Positions 43,295 to 53,277 of a stretch of DNA of 64,000 nt are shown piece after piece. Position 1 is the first letter of the stretch; each line of letters starts with the position of its first letter. The stretch is from Macrostomum lignano (lineage: Eukaryota). The position numbers and the translations under genes were made by a program. Below the pieces are notes generated by a model. It did no database searches. It was not told the origin of the DNA and was given only the letters and a program-made list of their open reading frames with translations. The DNA is taken from NCBI GenBank assembly GCA_002269645.1, contig NIVC01003859.1, positions 9,441 to 73,440 on the forward strand, written 5' to 3'.

Positions 43295-43815
43295 TTCTCT
43301 CTCCACTTGTGTGGAGCGAAAAGAAGCGAAGGCCAAAAGGCCAGAACGCAAAGGATTTTGGCCTCGAGTAAGGCCAAATTTTATCGCAAACTGGCCTTTT
43401 GGCCTTCGCTTCGCTTTTCTCCACACAAGTGTACAGTCTTGAGCACACTGGTTTCGGCTACAATCTCTCTTTCCACCATGCTTCTCCTTCATGCTCCTCA
43501 CCTCCTCACCCTATGCTTTGTCTATAGAGAAGTCTCACCCCTCACATTCACACACCTCATGTTCTCTCGTACACTGAGCTATATCGATTGTTTTTCCCTG
43601 CTTGACTCCAAGATTGTACAGTCTGGAATTTTCTAGAATTTTCTACGGCTAGCTGTATTTAAGCAAACACAGAAACACTCGGGCTGCTTCTCCCCACATA
43701 TGCCCTCAACTGCTACTGATAAACGGCGACTGCGAACTTAAATTCGCCCACGCTGAAAGTGATCTAAGAAATCGTCCGCCAAACTAGAAGATTAGAAGAC
43801 AAGAAGATTTAGAAA

Positions 43816-44493
43816 ATGGAAGTCGAGTGGAATCTTCATTTGACAGATAAGCAAGGCCTTTGTGCCATGCTACAAAGAGTTTTACAGTATATTCCGTCGC
43901 ATCTACAAGCAAGAAGAAGGGAGGAACTAACCACCTTTTTCGGTCTAGAAACTGGCGACCTACCAATCGAGTTTTTCGCCATGGCCCCTGATGATATCGC
44001 CGCAGCGAATGAAGCGCAAAATGTGAGTAGCGAAGAGAAGAAGGCGGCGGCTCTGCAGAAGAAGATGGCGGATCTGCAGATATTCAGGGAGAAGTTGTAC
44101 GCATCCCGCGTAACACTAGCTGATCAGCTGATGGACGTTGTTGATCACCAGCTTCCATCTGGCGAGCAGAACATCATCACTAGGGTGAAGGCGGCTCTAG
44201 CAAAATACAAGAAGACTCAAATTGGAGGTCTACATTGGATTCTCGAAGTTGGGCGGCTGCTAAAAACTTATCGCACCGAGAACTTTGGACAAGATGTTAA
44301 AGTGCGGTTCGCCCATTTGTGTAAAAATGTAAACATCCAGGAATCAACTGGCTATTTGTACATTCGTCTGTACAAACTGTCTGTTACCTACCCAGGCTTG
44401 AGACAGGTGTCAATGCCAATTAGGGAACTAAACTCTAAGATGAAGTTTCTAGAAGAAATTTTGGCCAGTGATCCTGCGTGGAAAGTTGTGTAA
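43816..44493 (+). CDS. Polinton ORF (225 aa), unknown; C-terminus is helix-turn-helix-like
   Basis: Open ORF with ordinary composition. ILEVGRLL...STGYLYIRLY loosely resembles DUF3102-type domains (unverified). Confidence 0.6.
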   Translation: MEVEWNLHLTDKQGLCAMLQRVLQYIPSHLQARRREELTTFFGLETGDLPIEFFAMAPDDIAAANEAQNVSSEEKKAAALQKKMADLQIFREKLYASRVTLADQLMDVVDHQLPSGEQNIITRVKAALAKYKKTQIGGLHWILEVGRLLKTYRTENFGQDVKVRFAHLCKNVNIQESTGYLYIRLYKLSVTYPGLRQVSMPIRELNSKMKFLEEILASDPAWKVV

Positions 44494-45099
44494 TTTTTAA
44501 ATTCAGTTCATTTAGAATTTTTCTAACGCGTTATATTTTAGAATTTCAAAGAGAAGATTCAACAACTGGAGACAGCCGATTGGTTAAGTAGAGGAGGGTA
44601 GCAATTTTCTCAGTACTGTGTGCAACTCAGTCAATGGGTTTTAAATTCTAACGCTGCTAGAAATTTCTATGTGAAAAGTTTCCCGCAAGATAAGCTTGGG
44701 CACACCAAATTTTCACATAGAAAATTCTAACGCGTTAGAGAATCTAGCTGCTGGCTCAAAGAAACGCTAGGCTGGCTCTGTATGGTTAAATAGAGGGGGG
44801 TAGAAATTTTCTAACGCCGTTAGAATTTTCTATGTGAAAAGCTTCCCGCAAGATAAGCTTGGGCACACCAAATTTTCACATAGAAAATTCTAACGCGTTA
44901 GAGAATCTAGCTGCTGGCTCAAAGGAACGCTAGGCTGGCTCTGTATGTTGTTGAAGAATTCTAACTCAGATCCTACATAGTGTCTGTTTTTTCTACCATT
45001 TTTGATAATCTTGTAATAGTTGATACATATCCTATCAGCTGTGCAACTGTTAATAAATATATAATTCTTACTAATGAATAATAAAATTATTTATATTTC

Positions 45100-45559
45100 T
45101 TCAATGGGTAAGGACCCTGCGCTGATAATTTAAAGTCTTAGGGATCTGGTAGCACGTTGCGAATTGAATGTGGGGAGAAGAATGCAGATTATTTTCTGAT
45201 TGTTTTAGAAATGTTATGGGTAGATGTCGGTGGATGATGTCAGTGTCAGTGAGCATAACAGGTGTCCACAGTGAGCATAACAGGTATCAGTTGACACCTG
45301 CTCTGATTCTGTCAGGGATAATATGGATGGATTTAATGGGATTATGTTCGAAGTTTTCGGAGCAAGTGCGGCCCCTCCCCTTTTTCATGATTCTGTCAGG
45401 GATAATATGGATGGATTTAATGGGATTATGGAGGACGTTTTGTGAGCGAGTGCGACCCCCCTTTTTTTCTGATTCTGTCAGGGATAATATGGATGGATTT
45501 AGGTGGATTATGGAGGACGTGAAAAATTTTGTCCCAAAAGCCCCTTCATGCCTTCTACT
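45100..45559 (-). repeat. Right TIR of the Polinton
   Basis: Inverse of the left TIR with scattered substitutions and a ~35-bp local duplication near 45250-45300. Confidence 0.93.
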
Positions 45560-45815
45560 TAAGGAATCACCCAATCAAGCAAGTCTAGGTAGCCTCTCAC
45601 CCAACCAATCAGAAACTCCACAGCCGGATTCCAGGTAATCCACAGTGACCGATTCGGCTTAGTACTTCGCAGCAGTAGGTCCGGGATGATGCTGTCACAA
45701 CCTTCGCAAATAGCTAGCAGGTGTTGATCTTATCCTTGATGATCGTTGCTGTTTACCAGGGGAAATTCGTCCTTGATGATGATGGGGGGTAGTCGCGATC
45801 CGGGGATCAAGACAC

Positions 45816-48521
45816 TGATGAGGATGCACTTTTCCCAAATTCCACGCTAGCGCATGGGCTCTAAACTTGCTAGCCTACTAACAGCAGGTTATGGGCATTT
45901 TTCTCCTTTTTTCGTAATTTTTCTAGAATTCATACTAGTAGGACTTTTGTAGCTATATGAATCTGCCATACTTGTAGTTATAATAACATAGGCGCGGTTT
46001 TTTTGCTACCTTTGGGGTCATAAATCATTGCTTTTGAGCTGGTCTGACAGCCACCTGCGCCTCACTCAGTGTTGAGACTGGCGCCAGATGGTCTGAGAGG
46101 ATGTGAGCGGTAGCTTTTTTCTCATCATTTTGACAGGCCATCAAAATATATGAGGTCAGGGCCTATTGTTCGTGTTCACTCAAGCGTTTGACAGCTTTGA
46201 CAGCTATGCGTTTTACCCCTAAAAGTACTTTGGGATTAGCGATTAGCAATTTCTCTTCATTATCTTCACTTTCTGCCTAATAAGAGCTTTCTAATGTATA
46301 TTTTTTCATTAACTCATTTTAAGCTCATTTTAACAAATCGGCTCAGCCAATCAGAATCGACGTGTTCCATTATAACAAACTGCGGTCCAGTTGGCGGCTA
46401 TTTAAACCGGTGTTTTTGGCCCGCTCGCACTTCAACCTGCGGTTACCCTGGTACCGGTTCAACCACTGCAAACCCTTTCTGGAGACCGGCCAGGAACTTG
46501 CTCTATCTGACCGTCGTTTCTTGATCCCCGGATTGCAACTCCCCCCACCATCATCAAGGACGAATTCCCCCGGTCATCAGCAGTGAACATCAAAGTCGAG
46601 AGCATCACCTGCTAGCTATCTGCGAAGGTTGTGACATCAGCATCATCCCGGGTCTACAGCTACGAAGCACTAAGCCGATTCGGTCACTGTGGATTACCCG
46701 GTCTCCGGCTGTTGAGTTTCTGATTGTGATGAGGACGCACTTTTTTCCAAACCCCGCGCTAGCACATGGGCTCTAAACTTACTAGCCTACTAACAGTGGG
46801 CAATGGGCATTTTTATCCTTTTTCTGCGAATTTTCATAGAATCTATACTAGATATAATGTCTGGTCATACTATGTAGTCATAATAACATAGGCGCAGCTT
46901 TTTGGGTCATAAATCATCGCTTTCGAAGCTGGTCTGACAGCCACCTGCGCCTCCCTCAGTGTTGAGGCGGGCGCCAGATGGTCTGAGAGGATGCGGGCGG
47001 TAGCTTTTTCTCATCATTTTGACAGGCCATCAAGATTTATGAGGTCAGAGCCTATTGTTCGTGTTCACTCAAGCGTGTGACAGCTTTGACAGCTATGCGT
47101 TTTACCCCTAAAAGTACCTTGGGATTAGCGATTAGTGATTTCTCTTCATTATCTTCACTTTCTATTTAATAAGAGCTTTCTAATGTATATATTTTTTCAT
47201 TAATTTCTGTCAATCCTACGCGAAAAGTCATAAATCATTTTGTTGCGATTTTTTTTGATTTATGGCCGCACCTGTCATCTTTTTACGACCCTGTGGGAAC
47301 TGATAGGATCTCCCGGTCACGTGATTCTGGGTGGCAACAAGCTTAGCCAATCAGAAAATTCGGCGCTCATTTTAACAAATCGGCTCAGCCAATCAGAATC
47401 GACGTGTTCCATTATAACAAACTGCGGTCCAGTTGGCGGCTATTTCCGTAGCATCATCCCGGGTCTACAGCTGCGAAGCACTAAGCCGATTCGGTCACTG
47501 TGGATTACCTGGTCTCCGGCTGTTGAGTTTCTGATTGGTTGGGTGAGAGGCTATCTAGACTTGCTTGATTGGGTGATTCCCTGTCTGTCCCCTGCTTCAG
47601 TAGCTGGATTAGGCGCACACTTTTGCTCTTTTTGTTCAGTAGTGCTGTTGCTGAGGCAGAAGTCATTCAATAATACTGCTAGTAGTCTAAACTCCAATTC
47701 AATCTGAAGTGTGAAGTGATCTAAGGAGAAGGTTAAATCTAACAGTTATTTTTATCGGTTTTATTTCTTTGTTCGCCGATGGCTCGGATGAGTGGCTAAG
47801 CTAGTAGGCGCCGGTCATAGTGGACCAATGGCAAGGCAGTTCTCAGTCGATCAATCTATCAAATCAGTTAGCAAAATTGCCAGTAGTGCAGTATCGGCGC
47901 CAGAGATGTATTTTGTGCACTCTAGGTTCGCCAAGCGGCTCGGGTAATGAATCATGCGGTCTCTGAAGTTCGAGTTAGTCTATCATCAGCGCTATGAGAG
48001 GCTAGTTGGCGCGTTGAAGGCCAAAAATGCAATTCTTCGTATTTAGCAATGTGATAGTACATGTAACTACCCCATAGTCTCGCAACTGCAAGAATCCCCT
48101 GCACAAGTCCCCTCTGTACCTCATGGCCAATGCGATCTAGTCCAAGCAGTGTCCCAATTAACATTGGCTATGACTTCGAGATTGACAGCAAAAAGACACT
48201 AGTTGGCAGGTAAGTGCAAAGCCCCTTCTAGTCGGAAGCCCGATTTCGAGAGTCCCGGTGTGGTGAGCCAGGATCCGTACGGGTTGGTGGCAGCGAGTTA
48301 GCTAACCTACGGGTTAACTAATTTCTACCTTCAAAATTCTCCCTGCTTGTCTCTCGCTGTCCCTCTCTTAGCTATAGGACCTAGACTGCTCGCCACAGAT
48401 CAAGCTACCATGGGGCTGACCATCTGACAGGAGTGGGGGGCCAGGACTCTAATTGATTTATTTCTGAGACCTGACGCCCGAAGGCTTCCCCACAAGGGGG
48501 CCATAAGTTCGAAACCCATCA
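45816..48521 (+). mobile_element. Same-family LTR insertion in the opposite orientation: partial LTR (45816-46726) plus near-full LTR (46727-48521)
   Basis: Starts TGATGAGG, ends CCCATCA, TSD ACAC (45812-45815 and 48522-48525). A second TGATGAGG start lies at 46727. Confidence 0.85.
46347..46406 (+). promoter_or_regulatory. LTR promoter (CCAAT box plus TATA-like element)
   Basis: CCAAT at 46347 and TATTTAAA at 46399. The homologous host-LTR site on the minus strand reads TATATAAA (48603-48610) with two CCAAT boxes. Confidence 0.55.
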
Positions 48522-49329
48522 ACACGACGGTCGAGCTCCGGGAACTAGAAGTTGCGTGCTGGGTCCGAGCAGGTTGAGGTCCGAGCGGGCCGAGAACACT
48601 GGTTTATATAGCCGCCAACTGGACCGCAATTTGTTAGAATGAAACACCTCGACGCTGATTGGCTGAGCCGATTTGTTATAACTGACGTCGAATTTTCTGA
48701 TTGGCTGAGCTTGTTGCCGCCTAAACTCACGTGACCAGAAGATCCTATCAGTTCCCTCGGGGCCATAAAAATACGTACGCCAGGTGTTGTCGTAAATCAC
48801 TCAAAATCATTGCATATGGCCTGTCAAAAATGATGAGAAAAAAGCTACCGCCCGCATCCTCTCAGACCATCTGGCGCCCAGCCTCAACACTGAGTGAGGC
48901 GCAGGTGGCTGTCAGACCAGCTCAAAAGCAATGATTTATGACCCCAAAAGTAGCAAAAACTGCACCTATAGTATTATAACTACAAGTATGGCAAAATCAT
49001 ATAGTTAAAAAGATTATGAATTCTAGAAAAATTACATAAAAAGGAGAAAAATACCCATGTTAGTAGGCTAGCAAGTTTGGAGCCCATGTGCGAGCGTGAA
49101 ATTTGGAAAAAAGTGCGTCCTCATCATTATACTTTAATACTTTTACACAAAATATCTATTAAACGAAGACGGTGACATCAATTAGTTATCATCAAAATGT
49201 GTAAGTTGCACGCATACTGTATGAATTCGCGTGATATTACGGTTTTTTAATGCTTGCTAGCCCAGTTGCTTATTTTGCTAATGATGAGTATTTATACTCA
49301 TTTACATGTACATACTATGGTTCGTGCAG

Positions 49330-49600
49330 CGTACGCCGCGGGTGGCAGCGAGACGACCGACTCCCTGTACCAGCGAGCGCGCCTGACACGGCCTTCTGTC
49401 CTGCTGAGTAAGCGGCGTCTGCAGCTTGCAGGGCATGTCGAAGCCTAGCTACTGCCCAGAACCGCTACAGGACGTCCTACTGTGGACTCCCCAGGGACCA
49501 CGCAGGCGCGTACAGGTACGATCTAGCGGCTCGCTACATCGACCGTCTTTTCGATGAAGACGGCGTGAAGCACGTCCAAGACCTTGCCCTGAAGCGCGCG
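49330..49600 (+). pseudogene. 3' fragment of an RTE-like non-LTR retrotransposon ORF
   Basis: RRLQLAGHV...DVLLWTPQGPRRR...RYID resembles the RRLxWAGHV...W.P.G.R tail of RTE-type ORFs; disrupted. Confidence 0.6.
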
Positions 49601-49860
49601 ATTTGACGCTCCCCCCCTTTGGCCACTTATGGTCCAGCCGTACAAATAACATTTGTTAAATATACGGCCGAGCCATCTGTAGACTGATGATGTAGTTACT
49701 GGGTTATATCGACGGCTCAGCCCTAAAAATACCCACTGCCGAATTACATCTCTGCAATATATATATATGCGTACTCGTACTAAATCTATAAGATCTGACC
49801 GGTATTTCGATCCGCAGCCTGAATGTCTGAACAGGCTTTTTTCAAACTTGCTTTATTTAA

Positions 49861-52248
49861 CCATTTGGAAGCCAAAGGCCTGCACTGCAGGCCATACCGA
49901 AACGGCTCAAAAACCCAGAGATTGAAAAATGTCTATGGCATGAAAAACCATCCCCCAGTCACTAAAGCAAGTGCCCAATATGGCCTGCTGTGCAGGTCAT
50001 GATTAATTTAAAGAAGCCCTGCATAATGCATTTCCGTTATGTTTTCACTCAAATGTTAAATGTGAAATAAGCGTGCACAGTGAAAACATGAGGTGATGCA
50101 CAAATTTATGGTCGTATTAAATTTTAATCTCCTCACTACTGACCTACGAGTATTAGTATTAGTATTAGTATAGTATTAGTATTAGTATAACTAGTTTTAA
50201 ACAAATACAAAATTTAACTGCATGGTTCCAAACAAAACAAGGACATGAAAAGAAAAGTGTAACAGGGTTCAAGTTAGGAGACGCCAATGCAGGATCGCTC
50301 GTGGGACTTCAATGTGTCTCGTGCCAGATCCTGAAGCATGGATCTGGACAGAGACCAGGATTTCCGGGACAGTGGCTGCAGCAAAATACTGTCTTCTTAG
50401 CTGGAACGTCAGGTTTCAAAGAGCACATTCGGCATCGTTTGCTTGGGCGAGCCTGGGCTTCCGTTGCTGGGAGTCTCATCGGTGAATGAATTGGACGGTT
50501 AGCCTGCATCGGGGCTGGAACCTGAGTCGGTGGCCGAGCGCGTCCCGGTCCTGAGTTGCGGATCAGCGTCTTGATACTATTCTCTAGGAAAGTCAAAAAT
50601 TTGGCTGTCCCACCACATTTCTTGTACAGCGTCCAAGCGTTTCGTACAAGCGTGAGAATCAGGTGAAACGCGACTTTCTGGAACCATTTGTAGGACTTAC
50701 GATTTGGATGGTAGAGATGCACGGACGCATCAAGTCGATCAACACCGCCCATGTTGCGATTGTACTGGATGACAGCCGTTGGCTTCGGAATTTGATCAAC
50801 TTGACCACCGCGACGAACTCTGCGAACATCAGTGCAAGCGGCAGGCATGCTTGTGTCCAGAAGGTAGACAACCTTTGTTCCCGAGGCCTTTCTGTCTGCT
50901 AGCTTGATAGCGAGTGTCTGATTGCACCTCATGAAGCCCTGACCCGGAGCAACCACTAATTTTTCTTGCAATTCTCTCGGGATTCCACGATCCTTTTGAA
51001 CAGTCCCGGTGAGCAAGGCCTTTTTTTCAAACAAGTAGATAGCCAATCTGTGTGATGTAAACCAACTATCCGTGTATATGTGGTATCCTTCACCCAGTAG
51101 TTCGCGGCTAAGCTCAACAACGACTCGTTCGCTCATGGAGAGCTCATCGCATTGGAGACCGGCACCGAAGGTTGCGTGTTCGGCCTCAACAGAATGCAGC
51201 AGGAAATTCCACAGGTATCCCGTCGTGGACTCAGTCAGACAATACAGTTTGATGCCGTACTTTGCCTTCTTGCTTGGAATATACTGCTTCAGCAGAAGTC
51301 TCCCCTTGTATAGAATCAGCGTCTCATCGATGGCGACATCCTGCTCTGGTCGATAGGTTTCGCGACAAATTCGGCTAATCAAGTCCAGAAAAGGCCTTAC
51401 TTTGCACAGTGGGTCGTTGATATCGAACTCTCGGCAGTCGTAGCACCGGAAGTAGGCCAGTAGCTGAGGAAATCGCCAACGGGGAAGGCTCTCGGCTTGC
51501 TGAAAATATGGATTCCGATACATGACGTCTGTGGACCAGTAGTGGCGTATGGTCGGCTTGCTGTTGATGCCCATGAAGAGCACCATGCCCAGAAACTTTT
51601 TCATCTCGGCCACACAGCATGGTTTAAGAGCAGACAGTCCAGCAGGCAACTCTTCCTCGCCAGTTTCTGCACTCTCCTGCTGAAACTCCCTGACTGACAA
51701 CCACATTCTCTCATTGGTCCATGTGACAAGACTGGTGAGAAACGCTTCAGTCAGGAAGATTGATAAAAATTCCGCCATACTTTCGTCTGGATTTTCTGGC
51801 AGATCGATGCTTGGATTGATGGTCGAAAACCCTCGGAATTCCGGCACCCGGTCGTGGTCAAACGAGTTGTCACTTCCAGGGGCTACTTCAACCCATTCCG
51901 CGGCCGCCTCATCTTGGCTCTGATCAGTTTCTGGATCCATGCTTTCCGACTCCGTTTCTGACTCAAAAACCGTCGACTCATCGCTTGATAAAGCGTCATC
52001 CGAATCGGAATCGAGTCCCAGTCTGCGCAATGCGTCACTTTTAGCTGTCCTTTTCGGGCGCGTAGAAGCCATTTGTGAGTAGGAAGGTTTGAACAGGAGC
52101 TGGCAGAAAAACTCTGTGGTATACTTTACTTCTGGGCTTTTAGGGTGTGCACTCGATTCAGAAAAAAAGACAAATTTGTCTATGGACTGCTCTGCAGGCC
52201 TTTGGGCTTTTAAGCGATCTTACAGAACCAAGCTTGGGCGCGAAGTGG
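49861..52248 (-). mobile_element. piggyBac DNA transposon, 2388 bp, apparently complete
   Basis: TTAA at 49857-49860 and 52249-52252, both ends TTAA-CCA. Subterminal inverted motif CCAAAGGCCTGCA at ~49872 and ~52205. Confidence 0.9.
50309..52072 (-). CDS. piggyBac transposase, 587 aa
   Basis: Acidic N-terminus, DDD triad (VAIDETL, YTDSWFTS, MGGVDRLD) and C-terminal Cys-rich domain CRMC...CSHC...CPDPC...H. Confidence 0.95.
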   Translation of the reverse strand: MASTRPKRTAKSDALRRLGLDSDSDDALSSDESTVFESETESESMDPETDQSQDEAAAEWVEVAPGSDNSFDHDRVPEFRGFSTINPSIDLPENPDESMAEFLSIFLTEAFLTSLVTWTNERMWLSVREFQQESAETGEEELPAGLSALKPCCVAEMKKFLGMVLFMGINSKPTIRHYWSTDVMYRNPYFQQAESLPRWRFPQLLAYFRCYDCREFDINDPLCKVRPFLDLISRICRETYRPEQDVAIDETLILYKGRLLLKQYIPSKKAKYGIKLYCLTESTTGYLWNFLLHSVEAEHATFGAGLQCDELSMSERVVVELSRELLGEGYHIYTDSWFTSHRLAIYLFEKKALLTGTVQKDRGIPRELQEKLVVAPGQGFMRCNQTLAIKLADRKASGTKVVYLLDTSMPAACTDVRRVRRGGQVDQIPKPTAVIQYNRNMGGVDRLDASVHLYHPNRKSYKWFQKVAFHLILTLVRNAWTLYKKCGGTAKFLTFLENSIKTLIRNSGPGRARPPTQVPAPMQANRPIHSPMRLPATEAQARPSKRCRMCSLKPDVPAKKTVFCCSHCPGNPGLCPDPCFRIWHETH

Positions 52249-53277
52249 TTAAATGGAAATTCTTGTGAATAACTTTCTGTTATTTGTTTCTTGATTGTTT
52301 CATCCGTCGAAGTTTTTTGTCATTGTTATTCCAAGGTGGGATATGTTTGGGAATTAGGCTAGCTTATTGATTTTATTTGAACTGCGTGATTATAAGTGTT
52401 TATTATTCAGTTCGCTGTGTGCACTGATCTAGCCCGATTAGTGTTTCACCCACCTCTTATATGTATACTCTGCATGGTTTGTTAGTCCGGTACTGACTGC
52501 AAATAAATGTCATCGTAATTGGGCACGCCAGCCCTGCTTTCGGTTTGGTCTTCTCGTCTAGCTTGAGCCTCAGCTCCAAACAGTTTGGTCTCTTCATTTC
52601 TACAGTACAGGCACCACAAAGACGCGGCCCACCCCCACTGACCCACTCAGTGATCAGTTTCTGATCCAATTCGCCCATTTCGGTTTCTTTGGGAACGTGT
52701 TGAAATTATTGCTGGGCGCAAACCGAATGGCTATGAGCGCTCTGTGACTGATGACTGTGACGTCAGAACTGATCGCTAAGCGTTAAACTATACTTGATCA
52801 AGCCTATTATGGCAGCTGAATGTAGCGATCAAATTGGTGTCGGTGCTGCGCACGAGTGCTTGTTGGCATCAACGTTAAGTATTAGAGTTGACAAAAAGCA
52901 ACAAAAATCATTAAAGCTTAAATTTAATAATAAAAACGGATTGCAATAAATTATTACAGCATATTATTTTATATAGACTAGAAGATAGCAAATAATAATA
53001 CGAACAAAACACTGTATTTTGCATTCAGTATAAAATATTGCTAATCAAACCCAGCACACAAACTGCATAAAATTTAAAAATACTCGTAGAAGCTGGTGTG
53101 TAAAATACTAGATAATGTCCAATAAGAACGGAGCAAGTAGGCAATAAGCAATTGAACTAATTAAAAAGATTCCTAGTAAAACAAGCTCACTAAAAATTTT
53201 ACTACTGTAGACTAGTCAACAGCTAAAATTGCTATAGGCTAGTGAAACATTTACTGGTTAAAAAATTATTTCTCCAT

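Larger units (their letters stand above)
31264..45559. mobile_element. Polinton/Maverick (adintovirus-like) endogenous element, 14,296 bp
   Basis: Termini AGTAG...CTACT, TIRs ~31264-31683 and ~45100-45559, 6-bp TSD TAAGGA (31258-31263 and 45560-45565). Contains capsid, penton, ATPase, pPolB and integrase genes. Confidence 0.97.
29244..49126 (-). mobile_element. Host solo LTR (~1.83 kb once inserts are removed), interrupted by three nested insertions
   Basis: Termini TGATG...CATCA, TSD TTAT (29240-29243 and 49127-49130). Pieces 29244-29737, 30782-31263, 45566-45815 and 48526-49126 are collinear with the inverted copy at 45816-48521. Confidence 0.85.

Noticed and set aside
48285-48296. tRNA-Leu PBS-like TGGTGGCAGCG (also at ~29504 and ~29952 on minus) as an LTR end
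   Set aside because: It is not preceded by a CA terminus. TSDs show the real LTR ends are TGATG...CATCA, so the motif is internal.
48062-48524. Separate TGT...ACA solo LTR
   Set aside because: No TSD. It is the 3' part of the larger LTR ending at 48521 with TSD ACAC.
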